Source of the DNA: Candidatus Coproplasma sp.
GTDB taxonomy: Bacteria > Bacillota > Clostridia > Christensenellales > Borkfalkiaceae
NCBI GenBank assembly: GCA_051884095.1
Contig: JBJEUZ010000016.1
Coordinates: forward strand, 1 to 52,282
Reading direction: 5' to 3'
DNA: 52,282 nt
The stretch's first letter is position 1; each line of letters opens with the position of its first letter. The notes beneath the pieces were generated by a model. The model had not been told where the DNA came from. It did no database searches and saw only the letters and a program-made list of their open reading frames with translations. Below are positions 43,775 through 51,824 of this stretch, piece by piece. The translations under genes were made by a program, and so were the position numbers.

Positions 43775-44201
43775 TGCTTTTCTTCATATAATTGCGTGCG
43801 TTTTCGACCAGCCTTTCCACAAGTGAAGCAAGCTGTTGGTTTTCCTCTTCGGTAAAGCCCTGACTTACAATCTCGTACCACTCCGCGTTTACGCGGTGAA
43901 TTTCGGGGCAGAGCTCAAGCGCCTTCTGAGTGGGATAGACCAGATAAACCCGCTTGTCTTCGGCGCTCTGCTCGCGCCTTACGTATCCCTGCTCTTCAAG
44001 CGCGGCGACCTGCCGCGCGGCGTTGGACTTATCTACGAACAGACTTTTTGCAAGTTTATCCTGCGAAACTCCGCTCTCGCGGCAGATTGCAAGCAGGTAT
44101 TTTACCTGATAGCCCGTAATCCCCGCGGACTTCAGCCTCTGGTCGCGAAACAGCGTTGCGCTGTGAGAAACCAGCGCGATATTCCTTAAAAATTTAGCCA
44201 T
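43758..44201 (-). CDS. MarR family transcriptional regulator
   Basis: 147 aa from the ATG at 44201 (AGGAG 6 nt upstream). The winged-helix region reads ITGYQVKYLLAICRESGVSQDKLAKSLFVDKSNAARQVAALEEQGYVRRE. The ORF-track upstream extension looks non-coding. Confidence 0.85.
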   Translation of the reverse strand: MAKFLRNIALVSHSATLFRDQRLKSAGITGYQVKYLLAICRESGVSQDKLAKSLFVDKSNAARQVAALEEQGYVRREQSAEDKRVYLVYPTQKALELCPEIHRVNAEWYEIVSQGFTEEENQQLASLVERLVENARNYMKKSNEKDA

Positions 44202-44279
44202 AAAAACTCCTGAAAATATGTTGCAGCGCGCAAGGGCTTTATTATACTCGCTCTGTCGCCGCAGGTTAAGCCGCGTATC

Positions 44280-44330
44280 GTTGCGCCCGCAACCAATTAT
44301 ATTGTACGCCGTCGGGTCGGATTTTGTCAA
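44280..44330 (-). promoter_or_regulatory. Candidate marR-ABC operon promoter and palindromic operator
   Basis: On the minus strand: TTGACA (44330-44325), 18-nt spacer, TACAAT (44306-44301). The palindrome GTTGCG-cc-CGCAAC (44280-44293) lies just downstream of the -10. Confidence 0.4.
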
Positions 44331-44341
44331 GCCGACAAAAC

Positions 44342-44409
44342 AAAAAAGTTGCGTCCGCAACTTTTTTCTCTTGCCCCGCCGCAAAAAAAGCAAGGGCTTT
44401 AGCCCTTGC
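44342..44409 (-). terminator. Two tandem intrinsic terminators after the histidine kinase gene
   Basis: GCAAGGGC-ttta-GCCCTTGC (44390-44409) has an A7 run on the plus strand, giving a U7 tail on the minus strand. GTTGCg-tc-cGCAAC (44348-44361) is flanked by A6 and T6 and so is bidirectional. Confidence 0.7.
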
Positions 44410-44441
44410 CTTAACTGCTAAAATTATTATCTAATCGGAAA

Positions 44442-45464
44442 TCAGATTATTACGGTAAACGCGGAGCCTTCGCCCACCTTGCTTTTAACCGAAATTTCGC
44501 CGTTGCAAATTTCGAGTATGCGCTTGCAGATGGCAAGCCCCAGACCGTTGCCCGAGGAGTCGAACGCCTGATAGTACTTGTCGAAAATTTTCGGCAAGCT
44601 CTCTTCGGGTATGCCCACGCCGTTGTCCGCAACCGTCACTTTGCAGCGCCCGTTCTCAACGCAGAGCGTTATTTCTACGTTGCCGCCTTCAGGCGTGTAC
44701 TTAATCGCGTTGGAGACGAGGTTGAGCCACACCTGCTTTAACATCATTTCGTCGCCGGTAAAAGTTACGGGCTCCAGCGAGGACGAAATGGTTATTTTCT
44801 TTTCCTCCCACTGTCTCTCCAATAAAATTATGCAGTCCTTAATCTGCAGATCCAGCCTGAACTCCTTGGTTTCGCCCACAAATTGCTGAGTTTCTATCTT
44901 GGACAGAATGAGCGAGCTCTCCGCAAGGTGCGAAAGCCTTTGCGATTCGTCCGCGATAATCTTTAATACGCTGCGCTCTTCCTCCTCGGAAAGATTTCCC
45001 TCAAGCAACAGGTTTGCAAAGCCGTTTATCGAAGCTATGGGAGTTTTGAACTCGTGCGAAAAGTTGTGCACGAAGTCCTCCCTCATCGCCTTGACGCTGC
45101 TCAGCTCCGTGGTCATCTTGTTGAAATTTTCGTACACGGCGGTAAAGGTATCCAGCTTTTTATAGGGTATCTTCACCTTATAATCGCCGTCGGCAACCTT
45201 ATTCAGCGCGCTAATCAGCGTGTTGGAGGTCTGCAAAGTCCTGTGGTTGAAATATATTACCACCGCCGTAACTATCGCCGCAAGCGCAGGTATTATGAAC
45301 AGCATAATAAGCGTCGCGTCGGCAACCAGCCCCGCGGTGAGCGTCTGTACTAAGTACACGACCAGCTCGCCGACTATCAATACCAGCAAAAAGCTGAGTC
45401 CGCCGATTATTATGAAATGGGTGTTGAACAGATGTCTGTCTCTGTTTTTTATCCTTCTTTTCAC
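44442..45464 (-). CDS. Sensor histidine kinase (HisKA/HATPase_c)
   Basis: 340 aa with 2 TM segments. H-box FSHEFKTPIASI, N-box NLVSNAIKYTP, G-box DNGVGIP ... GNGLGLAI. Confidence 0.9.
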   Translation of the reverse strand: MKRRIKNRDRHLFNTHFIIIGGLSFLLVLIVGELVVYLVQTLTAGLVADATLIMLFIIPALAAIVTAVVIYFNHRTLQTSNTLISALNKVADGDYKVKIPYKKLDTFTAVYENFNKMTTELSSVKAMREDFVHNFSHEFKTPIASINGFANLLLEGNLSEEEERSVLKIIADESQRLSHLAESSLILSKIETQQFVGETKEFRLDLQIKDCIILLERQWEEKKITISSSLEPVTFTGDEMMLKQVWLNLVSNAIKYTPEGGNVEITLCVENGRCKVTVADNGVGIPEESLPKIFDKYYQAFDSSGNGLGLAICKRILEICNGEISVKSKVGEGSAFTVII

Positions 45465-46132
45465 TTTTTGAATACCGCCTTGTAGCCTATGCCGCGAATG
45501 GTGACTATTTCGAACTCGGTGAAGTGTTCGAATTTGTTTCTCAACCTGTTAATATGCGTGCGCACGGTGTATTCGTCGCTCTCCGAGGAGTAGCCCCACA
45601 CGCTGTCGAGAATGTTTTCCTTGGTGAATATCTTGCCGGGATAGGACAACAAAAGGTATAAGAGCTGAAACTCCTTGGTGGGCAGCTCTATCTCCTCGTC
45701 GCCGCGCTTGACGGTAAAGGTCTGCTTGTCGACAACGACGTCGCCCACGTAAATTTTGTCCTCGTTGGCAATCTTACTGCGCCTGAGCAGCGCGTCTATG
45801 CGCCAGCAAAGCTCCTCGAAGTTGACGGGCTTGGTCATATAGTCGTCCGTGCCGACGGCAAAGCCCCTGCCCTTGTCCATAATCGAATCCTTTGCGGTTA
45901 AAATAATCACGGGCGTGAGATGCCCTGCCGAGCGCAACCGCTCGACAAGCGTGTAGCCGTCCATAACGGGCATCATAACGTCGGTTATAATCAAGTCTAT
46001 CCCGCCCTGCTCGTAAATTTCAAGCGCCTCCGCGCCCGTCTTTGCCACCGCCGTTTCGTACTTATTTTTAAGGCGGAGCGTCATCAACATTCTTAAATTG
46101 GCGTCGTCCTCTACAATCAACAATTTTGCCAT
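45461..46132 (-). CDS. OmpR/PhoB family response regulator
   Basis: 223 aa. Receiver domain (LIVEDD ... DLIITDVMMP ... LTAKD) plus a winged-helix output domain (TVRTHINRLRNKF ... IVTIRGIGYK). There is a 4-nt overlap with the kinase gene. Confidence 0.9.
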   Translation of the reverse strand: MAKLLIVEDDANLRMLMTLRLKNKYETAVAKTGAEALEIYEQGGIDLIITDVMMPVMDGYTLVERLRSAGHLTPVIILTAKDSIMDKGRGFAVGTDDYMTKPVNFEELCWRIDALLRRSKIANEDKIYVGDVVVDKQTFTVKRGDEEIELPTKEFQLLYLLLSYPGKIFTKENILDSVWGYSSESDEYTVRTHINRLRNKFEHFTEFEIVTIRGIGYKAVFKK

Positions 46133-46246
46133 ATCTGTCTTCCCTCTTGTCGGGCGGAAATTTCCGCCGCCTATATTGTAAAATAAATTTACTGAAAAAT
46201 CAATAATAAGTTTATAATCAATTTACAATTATAGGTTAAGATTATC

Positions 46247-47401
46247 ATGAAAGGGTATGAACTTATGACGATTGTAATAGTAGTAGATTTAATTGACAAC
46301 AAGACAAACGGCTCGGTTATGACCGCTCTGCGCTTTGCGGACGGGCTGAGGGCGCGCGGACACGAAGTGAGAATGGTCGCCATCGGCGCGGACGGCGAAA
46401 AGGATTGCAACCTTAAGGAAAGATATATTCCCCTGGTTACCGAAGTTTCGGCAAAAAACCAGGTCAAATTTGGCAAATTTGACAGGGAGCGCATCAAAAA
46501 GACCTTTGAAGGAGCGGACGTCGTGCACCTGATATTTCCGTTCAAGCTGGAAAAGAAGTGCAAATTGCTTGCGGACGAAATGGGTATTCCCACAACGACG
46601 GCGTTCCACGTGCAGCCCGAAAACGTTTCGTACAATATCCATATGGGCAAGGTAAAGCCGCTCAACACCTTAATTTACGCCTTTTTGCGCAGATATTATA
46701 AACACTTTGAAAGAATACACTGCCCCTCCGCGTTCATTGCCAACCAGCTGACAGCGCACAAGTACAAGCAGGAGCTTTACGTAATTTCCAACGGCTACGA
46801 CCCCGAGTTCGTTCCGCCGCTTAAAAAGAAGAAGAACGACAAGTTTGAAATAGTTATGACGGGCAGACTTGCGCCCGAAAAGAACCAGCAGGTGCTTATC
46901 CGCGCGATCGCGCTTTCCAAACACAGGGACGATATTCACCTTACTTTGCTGGGCAACGGGCCCAAAAAGAAGGCGCTTGAGCGCCTTGCGGCAAAGTGCG
47001 GGCTGGACGTAACCTTTGATTTCTTGCCCAAGGACAAGCTGATTTCCCGCCTGCAACAGAGCGACTTGTACGTACACGCCGCCTCCGCAGAGATAGAGGC
47101 GATTGCCGCGATTGAAGCGATTGCGTGCGGACTTGTGCCCGTAATTGCCGACAGTCCGCTTTCGGCAACGCCGCAGTTTGCGCTGGACGAGCGTTCGCTG
47201 TTTTTGGACAACGACCCCGCTTCGCTTGCGCAAAAGATTGATTACTGGTACGAAAACGGTGAAGAGCGCGAGATTATGAGCGGAATGTACGCGGGCTTTG
47301 CAAAGAAATTCAGCCTGGAAAATTCTATCAGGAAGGCTGAAAGAATGTTCGCCGACCAGATAAACGCGGACAAGGAAAAGAAAAATGCACAAAAGAATTG
47401 A
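46247..47401 (+). CDS. Glycosyltransferase family 4 (GT-B fold)
   Basis: 384 aa. The C-terminal motif is SAEIEAIAAIEAIACGLVPVIADS (E-x7-E type). The ATG at 46265 is an alternative start. Confidence 0.8.
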   Translation: MKGYELMTIVIVVDLIDNKTNGSVMTALRFADGLRARGHEVRMVAIGADGEKDCNLKERYIPLVTEVSAKNQVKFGKFDRERIKKTFEGADVVHLIFPFKLEKKCKLLADEMGIPTTTAFHVQPENVSYNIHMGKVKPLNTLIYAFLRRYYKHFERIHCPSAFIANQLTAHKYKQELYVISNGYDPEFVPPLKKKKNDKFEIVMTGRLAPEKNQQVLIRAIALSKHRDDIHLTLLGNGPKKKALERLAAKCGLDVTFDFLPKDKLISRLQQSDLYVHAASAEIEAIAAIEAIACGLVPVIADSPLSATPQFALDERSLFLDNDPASLAQKIDYWYENGEEREIMSGMYAGFAKKFSLENSIRKAERMFADQINADKEKKNAQKN

Positions 47402-47446
47402 GCCATAAAGTTTTTCGGATAGAAAATTTAAGCGCCGAATAAATTT

Positions 47447-47471
47447 CGGGGCGGTGCCCCGTTTATTTTTT
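47447..47471 (+). terminator. Intrinsic terminator of the glycosyltransferase gene
   Basis: CGGGGC-ggt-GCCCCG followed by TTTATTTTTT. Confidence 0.7.
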
Positions 47472-47528
47472 ACTCCGATTATTGTTCAATTTTTATTGTT
47501 TACGCCGACCTATATTTTCGTCGATTAA

Positions 47529-48128
47529 TCAATATCCCAAATTTTCGTCGACCAAAATTACGTACGCCCTATTAAAGCCCTTGGGCGCGCGCTCGAAAAC
47601 CGCCGTTACCGAGCACATACGTTGGGGCGAATTGCAGTCCGCGCAGCTGCCGCTTACCGCGCAGGGCGTGGATAAACCCAGCCTTTTTCCGTTTTGACCC
47701 GCACATATGCCCGATTTAATGCGCCTTTCGCCCTCGGCTCTGTCCCTGACTATCTTGTTCTTGCCGATAATCATAATGACGTTTTCGGGTCCGTAGCACA
47801 GCGCGGCGATGCGGTTGCCCGTCCCGTCGGTCTGAATAATTTCGCCGTCCTCGGTTACGGCGTTGGCAGAGCAAACGAAAAAGTCAGCGCCGAGCGCCAG
47901 ATTGCGCATCTTTGCGCCGTCCTTCCAATGCCAGAACAGCTGATTCCCGTTCTGTTGCAGCCTTTCGGGCAGTCCTATTTGTCCTAACGTCACCGACCCG
48001 CCGAAGCCCACGCTTCCGCCGCCGATAATCTTTACCGCATCTTCAAGCGCCTCTTGCGCGCTTGCGGCAATGCGGCAGTCGTAGCCGCGTTTTTCTAATT
48101 TTTCCTTGACTTTAACCAGATTTTCCAT
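47529..48128 (-). CDS. LUD domain protein (LutC/YkgG-like lactate-utilisation family)
   Basis: 199 aa. It contains GFGGSVTL and ANAVTEDGEIIQTDGTGNRIAAL, then a C-terminal Cys-rich tail (CAVSGSCADC). Confidence 0.7.
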   Translation of the reverse strand: MENLVKVKEKLEKRGYDCRIAASAQEALEDAVKIIGGGSVGFGGSVTLGQIGLPERLQQNGNQLFWHWKDGAKMRNLALGADFFVCSANAVTEDGEIIQTDGTGNRIAALCYGPENVIMIIGKNKIVRDRAEGERRIKSGICAGQNGKRLGLSTPCAVSGSCADCNSPQRMCSVTAVFERAPKGFNRAYVILVDENLGY

Positions 48129-49288
48129 ACGTATATTCTATCACGCCCGCGGCGTTCAGTCAATATCCGACGCAAAAAAACGCACGATTCCGCAACGGCG
48201 ATTGCGGGCGCAGCCGCGTTGCAGGCTATAAAGTCGGCAACGCCCACCGCCTGCGGATAACGGACGAACGCAAGCGATATGCAAAAAACCGCACTGAACG
48301 CAAGCGCGCGGGCGCGGCAGGAGGGCAAAATATTTTCCAGCGCGCCGAACAGCGGAAGGGCGAGCGACAGCGCGGACACGGTTGCCGTAAGCGTGAGCGA
48401 TAAAAGAAATACGGTGCCGAATATGCCCGAGACAACGGGGTCTTTAAAGGTTACGGCCAGCGCCTTGGGAAAGAGCGCGAACGCGTTGGAAAAGCCGTTC
48501 GAGGTTATATCGCCGCTTAAATTACAGCCCGCGGCGACGGTTATAAGCGCGACGGCGGAAAGCAGTCCGCCGCAGAAATTTGCCGCAACGACGACTAGCG
48601 CGCACCTCTCGGGCGAGGAGTCGGTAGGCATATTTACGGCGAACGAGGGCATTACTCCCGCCGCAACCGACAGCGACAACAGCGCCTGACCGAGGGCGTT
48701 CAGCCAGGTTTCGGCGTTTAAAAGGTCGCCTGCGCGCACGGCAAGCACTCCAAGGGACGAAAACGCGTTTTCGTAGATAAGTCCGCGGGCGGCAAGCAGA
48801 ATAAACAGAGCCGTCTGCACGGTTACCGATACCCTGGCAAGATTTGCCCTTGACTTTGCCGAGCGCGTGAGCAAAAAGCCGCAACAAAGCGCGACAAGCA
48901 GGGCAAAAATATAGGTTAAATCGGGCATATTGCGTGGGCTTTGGCAATTTAAGCTGACGCCGAAGAATAAGGCGCTCTCTGACAGCCTTGCAATTACGGC
49001 AACGTAATAGACGGCGATAAACGCCGAATTTATGCACGCCGCCCACCCCACCGCGCCCGCTCGCGGACTTAGCGACTTTATGGCGACGGGAAATGGCGCG
49101 CGCCGCCGCTTGCCCAGCGAAAGCTCGGCGCACAGCAGGGGATATGCCGCCGCGAGAGCCACCGCATAGGCTATTACGAAGGCGCCGCCGTATTTATAGC
49201 ACAGCCCGGGAAAGCGCATTGCATTGCCCAACCCCATTGCCGCGCCCAGCGCGGCGAATATAAAAGTTCGGCTATCGTATCTTGCCAT
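48095..49288 (-). CDS. Divergent neurotransmitter:sodium symporter (NSS/SNF) family transporter
   Basis: 397 aa. GLGNAMRFPG compares with the canonical GLGN(I/V)WRFPY, and WLNALGQALLSLS with the canonical W..A.GQ.FFSLS. It is shorter than typical NSS proteins, and its 3-prime end overlaps the LUD gene start by 34 nt. Confidence 0.6.
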   Translation of the reverse strand: MARYDSRTFIFAALGAAMGLGNAMRFPGLCYKYGGAFVIAYAVALAAAYPLLCAELSLGKRRRAPFPVAIKSLSPRAGAVGWAACINSAFIAVYYVAVIARLSESALFFGVSLNCQSPRNMPDLTYIFALLVALCCGFLLTRSAKSRANLARVSVTVQTALFILLAARGLIYENAFSSLGVLAVRAGDLLNAETWLNALGQALLSLSVAAGVMPSFAVNMPTDSSPERCALVVVAANFCGGLLSAVALITVAAGCNLSGDITSNGFSNAFALFPKALAVTFKDPVVSGIFGTVFLLSLTLTATVSALSLALPLFGALENILPSCRARALAFSAVFCISLAFVRYPQAVGVADFIACNAAAPAIAVAESCVFLRRILTERRGRDRIYVWKIWLKSRKN

Positions 49289-49426
49289 AATACTATTGTA
49301 TTTTTAACGCTACGATATATGCCGAATGTTGAAAGTTAAGGGCGCGCCGACGCGGAAAATTTTACGCGTCGGCGCGCACGCTGTTTACCGTCAATATTAT
49401 TTTAACTTATCTGTCATTATTTTAAA

Positions 49427-50287
49427 CTATCTGTCCGAGGCGTCGGCGAATGCCTCTTCGCCGTCGCAGGGCGCGGGCACGCAGCCCATCTCTTCCAGCT
49501 CGTTCGCCAGAGCGGGCGTAAGCGCCCTATACGCGCGCTTTCCGAACGAATTGTCCACTGCGAACAGTACGCAGAGCGCGGCGTTTGCAACCGTGCACCA
49601 GAACAAATCGTGTATAGTATCGATTATTCCGATGTCGAGATATCCGCCCTCTATGGTATAGAGCACGTTACCTTCGGCGTCGTAAAGCACGGTGTAGGCG
49701 ATTCCCTCAATCTGTTCGGTATGCAGGTGGTCGTACCCGGGGAAGAGCACGAAGGAGTGAATGTGGTCTACGAACGTGTCCTCCTGCATATCCATATCGG
49801 CGATAAGCATGTCGCCGGCAAATTCGTAAAATTCCCAGAATACGGACACGAGTAGGCTGAACGCAAACCCGAACAGCAGACACGCCGCAAAGCTCTTTTT
49901 AGATTGCGGCTCGCCCATAAGCGACTTGAAAACCCCTATTCCGAGAAGGAAGAACACTACGCCGAAGAAGAAGTGCAATACGTTGTCGAGAAAGGGGATC
50001 AGCGTATAGAAATTGAAACTTGCGCCCAGAAAGCAAAACACAAGAAACACAATCAGCAGCACGCAATACGGCATCGTCGCCCTTATTTTCAACAGATATT
50101 CGAGGGCGTAGACGAGCGGAACCATCAAAAGATAGATAAGCGCAATCGCCGCGTCCCTGTACATTCCCGCCGTAAGAAAGTAAATTCCAGCACCCAGGCA
50201 GAAAGCGGCATAGACCGACATAATCACGGTCAGAGGCACAAATGAAAGTCGGCGTTTGAGATATTCATTTAACGTTTGTCTTTGCAT
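49427..50287 (-). CDS. Multi-pass membrane protein, hypothetical
   Basis: 286 aa with about 6 TM segments. It has an acidic loop (DMLIADMDMQED) and a His-rich segment (DHIHSFVLFPGYDHLH). No family is confidently recognised. Confidence 0.55.
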   Translation of the reverse strand: MQRQTLNEYLKRRLSFVPLTVIMSVYAAFCLGAGIYFLTAGMYRDAAIALIYLLMVPLVYALEYLLKIRATMPYCVLLIVFLVFCFLGASFNFYTLIPFLDNVLHFFFGVVFFLLGIGVFKSLMGEPQSKKSFAACLLFGFAFSLLVSVFWEFYEFAGDMLIADMDMQEDTFVDHIHSFVLFPGYDHLHTEQIEGIAYTVLYDAEGNVLYTIEGGYLDIGIIDTIHDLFWCTVANAALCVLFAVDNSFGKRAYRALTPALANELEEMGCVPAPCDGEEAFADASDR

Positions 50288-50442
50288 AATTCAACCTTTG
50301 TAAAAAATTCGACGGCGCACAAAAACACGGACGGCTGCGCGGACGTACGGCAATGCCGCCGCAAATTTTACGGCGCGCATTCGGTCACAATACCGCCTGA
50401 GCGTTCTTACGGCAAGCTGCGACAGTTTTTTACGCTTGCTAA

Positions 50443-50471
50443 ATTATAATATTTGTAAGGCGATTTTGCAA
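50443..50471 (-). promoter_or_regulatory. Consensus-like promoter with a ~150-nt leader upstream of the 49427-50287 gene
   Basis: On the minus strand: TTGCAA (50471-50466), 17-nt spacer, TATAAT (50448-50443). Confidence 0.55.
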
Positions 50472-50691
50472 CATAACGGCCATCAATTTGCTTTTTTTCA
50501 CACAATTTTCTATTTTTCGCCCTCTGTATTTCATAATTTTTTACAGCTGATAAAAAATGTAAAAAAAGGTGAAAAGCGCGGCGGGAAAGCGTACTTTTCC
50601 GCCGCGCAACACAATTATTAAAATATTTTAGCCTCTGCTGCGGGAATTGCCGCGGACATACTAGCACAATACTGATTTTTCCGCGGAAAAA

Positions 50692-51657
50692 TCAGTAGTA
50701 CGTTGCAACCGTCTCTTCGGGCGGGAGCGGTTGAGCGCGCTCTATGCTCTCGGCAAACAGCACGGGTCCCTGCTGGCGGTATACCGCGTTATACTCGTAC
50801 CCAACCTTTGCTGTGACGGTCAGCCAATCCTTGGTCTTTACGCCGGCGATTTTCCCTTCGGTCCTGAGCGCGAAGCCGTCGTAGGCTATGTCCGCCTCGC
50901 AACAGGTCATAATGTATCTGCCGATTACTATAAAACCCGACGGAACCTTTTTTGATACCGCCGCCATGCCCTTGAACTTTACAACCTTGCCCACGTAGCT
51001 TTGCGGATTTTCGGAAAGGTCGCGGTAGAACAGCGCGAAGTCCCTGTCCTCTATCTCTATTACGGGCGCGTCCATATCGTAGGGCATAGGGTCCTCGATG
51101 TCGTCGAATTCCGCCTTGCCGCCGATATATTCGTATACTATATCGGGTCGGCGCGAGATTGCGCGCACAACCTTGTGGAACTCCATCTTGTCCATCTCGC
51201 CCTTAAAGCGGTTGAAAACTACCATCTGGGTCATCTGAATCTTGTCAAAGACCAGCTGGCGCATATTCTTGTTGTAGTTTAAAAAGGTGTTCGCGTCGAA
51301 GAAGGTCATCATCTGATTGATGACCCAGTTTTCGGGCATAGCCTCGAAAAAGTCCTGAAGCTCCCAGGTGCCGTTATATTCCACAACCACGCGCACCGCC
51401 CTGTTTTTTCGCGCGAGATACGAGAGGTTGTAGGAGTTTAAATCTTCCTTTTTTTCAATGCTCTCAATCGCAACGTTTTTGACCTTGAACTTTGCGCGGT
51501 CGTACTCCTCTTCGCCCTCTTCGCAGACAACGAGCATAGTGCGCTCGCCGTTCTCCATTCTGGGGTCCTCAAGCGTTTCCTGTATAAACTTTGTCTTTCC
51601 CGAATCGAGAAATCCCAAAAAGAGATAAACCGAAATTTCCTGTTGCATAATAATCAC
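50692..51657 (-). CDS. Degenerate G3E (CobW-like) P-loop domain fused to a DUF1980/TIGR03943-like C-terminal domain
   Basis: 321 aa. The N-terminal P-loop GFLDSGKT compares with the CobW motif GFLGSGKTT. An acidic segment VVCEEGEEEYD follows, and there is no CxCC motif. The C-terminal ~120 aa carry IMTCCEADIAYDG, which resembles the CC..D motif of YcgQ-type proteins. Confidence 0.6.
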   Translation of the reverse strand: MIIMQQEISVYLFLGFLDSGKTKFIQETLEDPRMENGERTMLVVCEEGEEEYDRAKFKVKNVAIESIEKKEDLNSYNLSYLARKNRAVRVVVEYNGTWELQDFFEAMPENWVINQMMTFFDANTFLNYNKNMRQLVFDKIQMTQMVVFNRFKGEMDKMEFHKVVRAISRRPDIVYEYIGGKAEFDDIEDPMPYDMDAPVIEIEDRDFALFYRDLSENPQSYVGKVVKFKGMAAVSKKVPSGFIVIGRYIMTCCEADIAYDGFALRTEGKIAGVKTKDWLTVTAKVGYEYNAVYRQQGPVLFAESIERAQPLPPEETVATYY

Positions 51658-51758
51658 CCTTCAGGCATACGCCTGATAGTCCGGCTGTCATTGCCGTTAT
51701 CGGGAATGCAGAGCCTACATTAATTAAAGTTTGATAAGCGTTGGGCAAATCGAGCGGT

Positions 51759-51822
51759 AACGCAATTAAGATACTCGCATAAAGCGTCACGCTTGCCGCC
51801 CCAAGGCATACATTTTTACGAT
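51759..51822 (+). repeat. Intergenic repeat element, copy 2
   Basis: AACGCAATTAAGATA (51759-51773) is identical to 12446-12460. AAGCGTCACGCTTGCCGCCCCAAGGCA then aligns to copy 1. It lies between the two G3E-type genes. Confidence 0.7.
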
Positions 51823-51824
51823 AA

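Noticed and set aside
43758-44393. 211-aa version of the MarR ORF as listed in the track
   Set aside because: The first 64 codons cross two terminator hairpins and the candidate promoter. An ATG with an AGGAG SD at 44201 gives a normal 147-aa MarR.
50288-50440. Possibility that the leader is a yjdF-type riboswitch because the downstream membrane protein has a D..LHFFFG segment reminiscent of E. coli YjdF (DUF2238)
   Set aside because: The yjdF RNA motif is associated with the unrelated Bacillus YjdF family. I could not place any of its conserved features in this leader, and the protein family assignment itself is weak.
50407-50667. 86-aa minus-strand ORF and 61-aa plus-strand ORF inside the 404-bp intergenic gap
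   Set aside because: They lie in an AT-rich promoter/leader region and have no SD. Their composition is Lys/Arg/Phe-rich and low-complexity, and they overlap a consensus promoter and a terminator hairpin.
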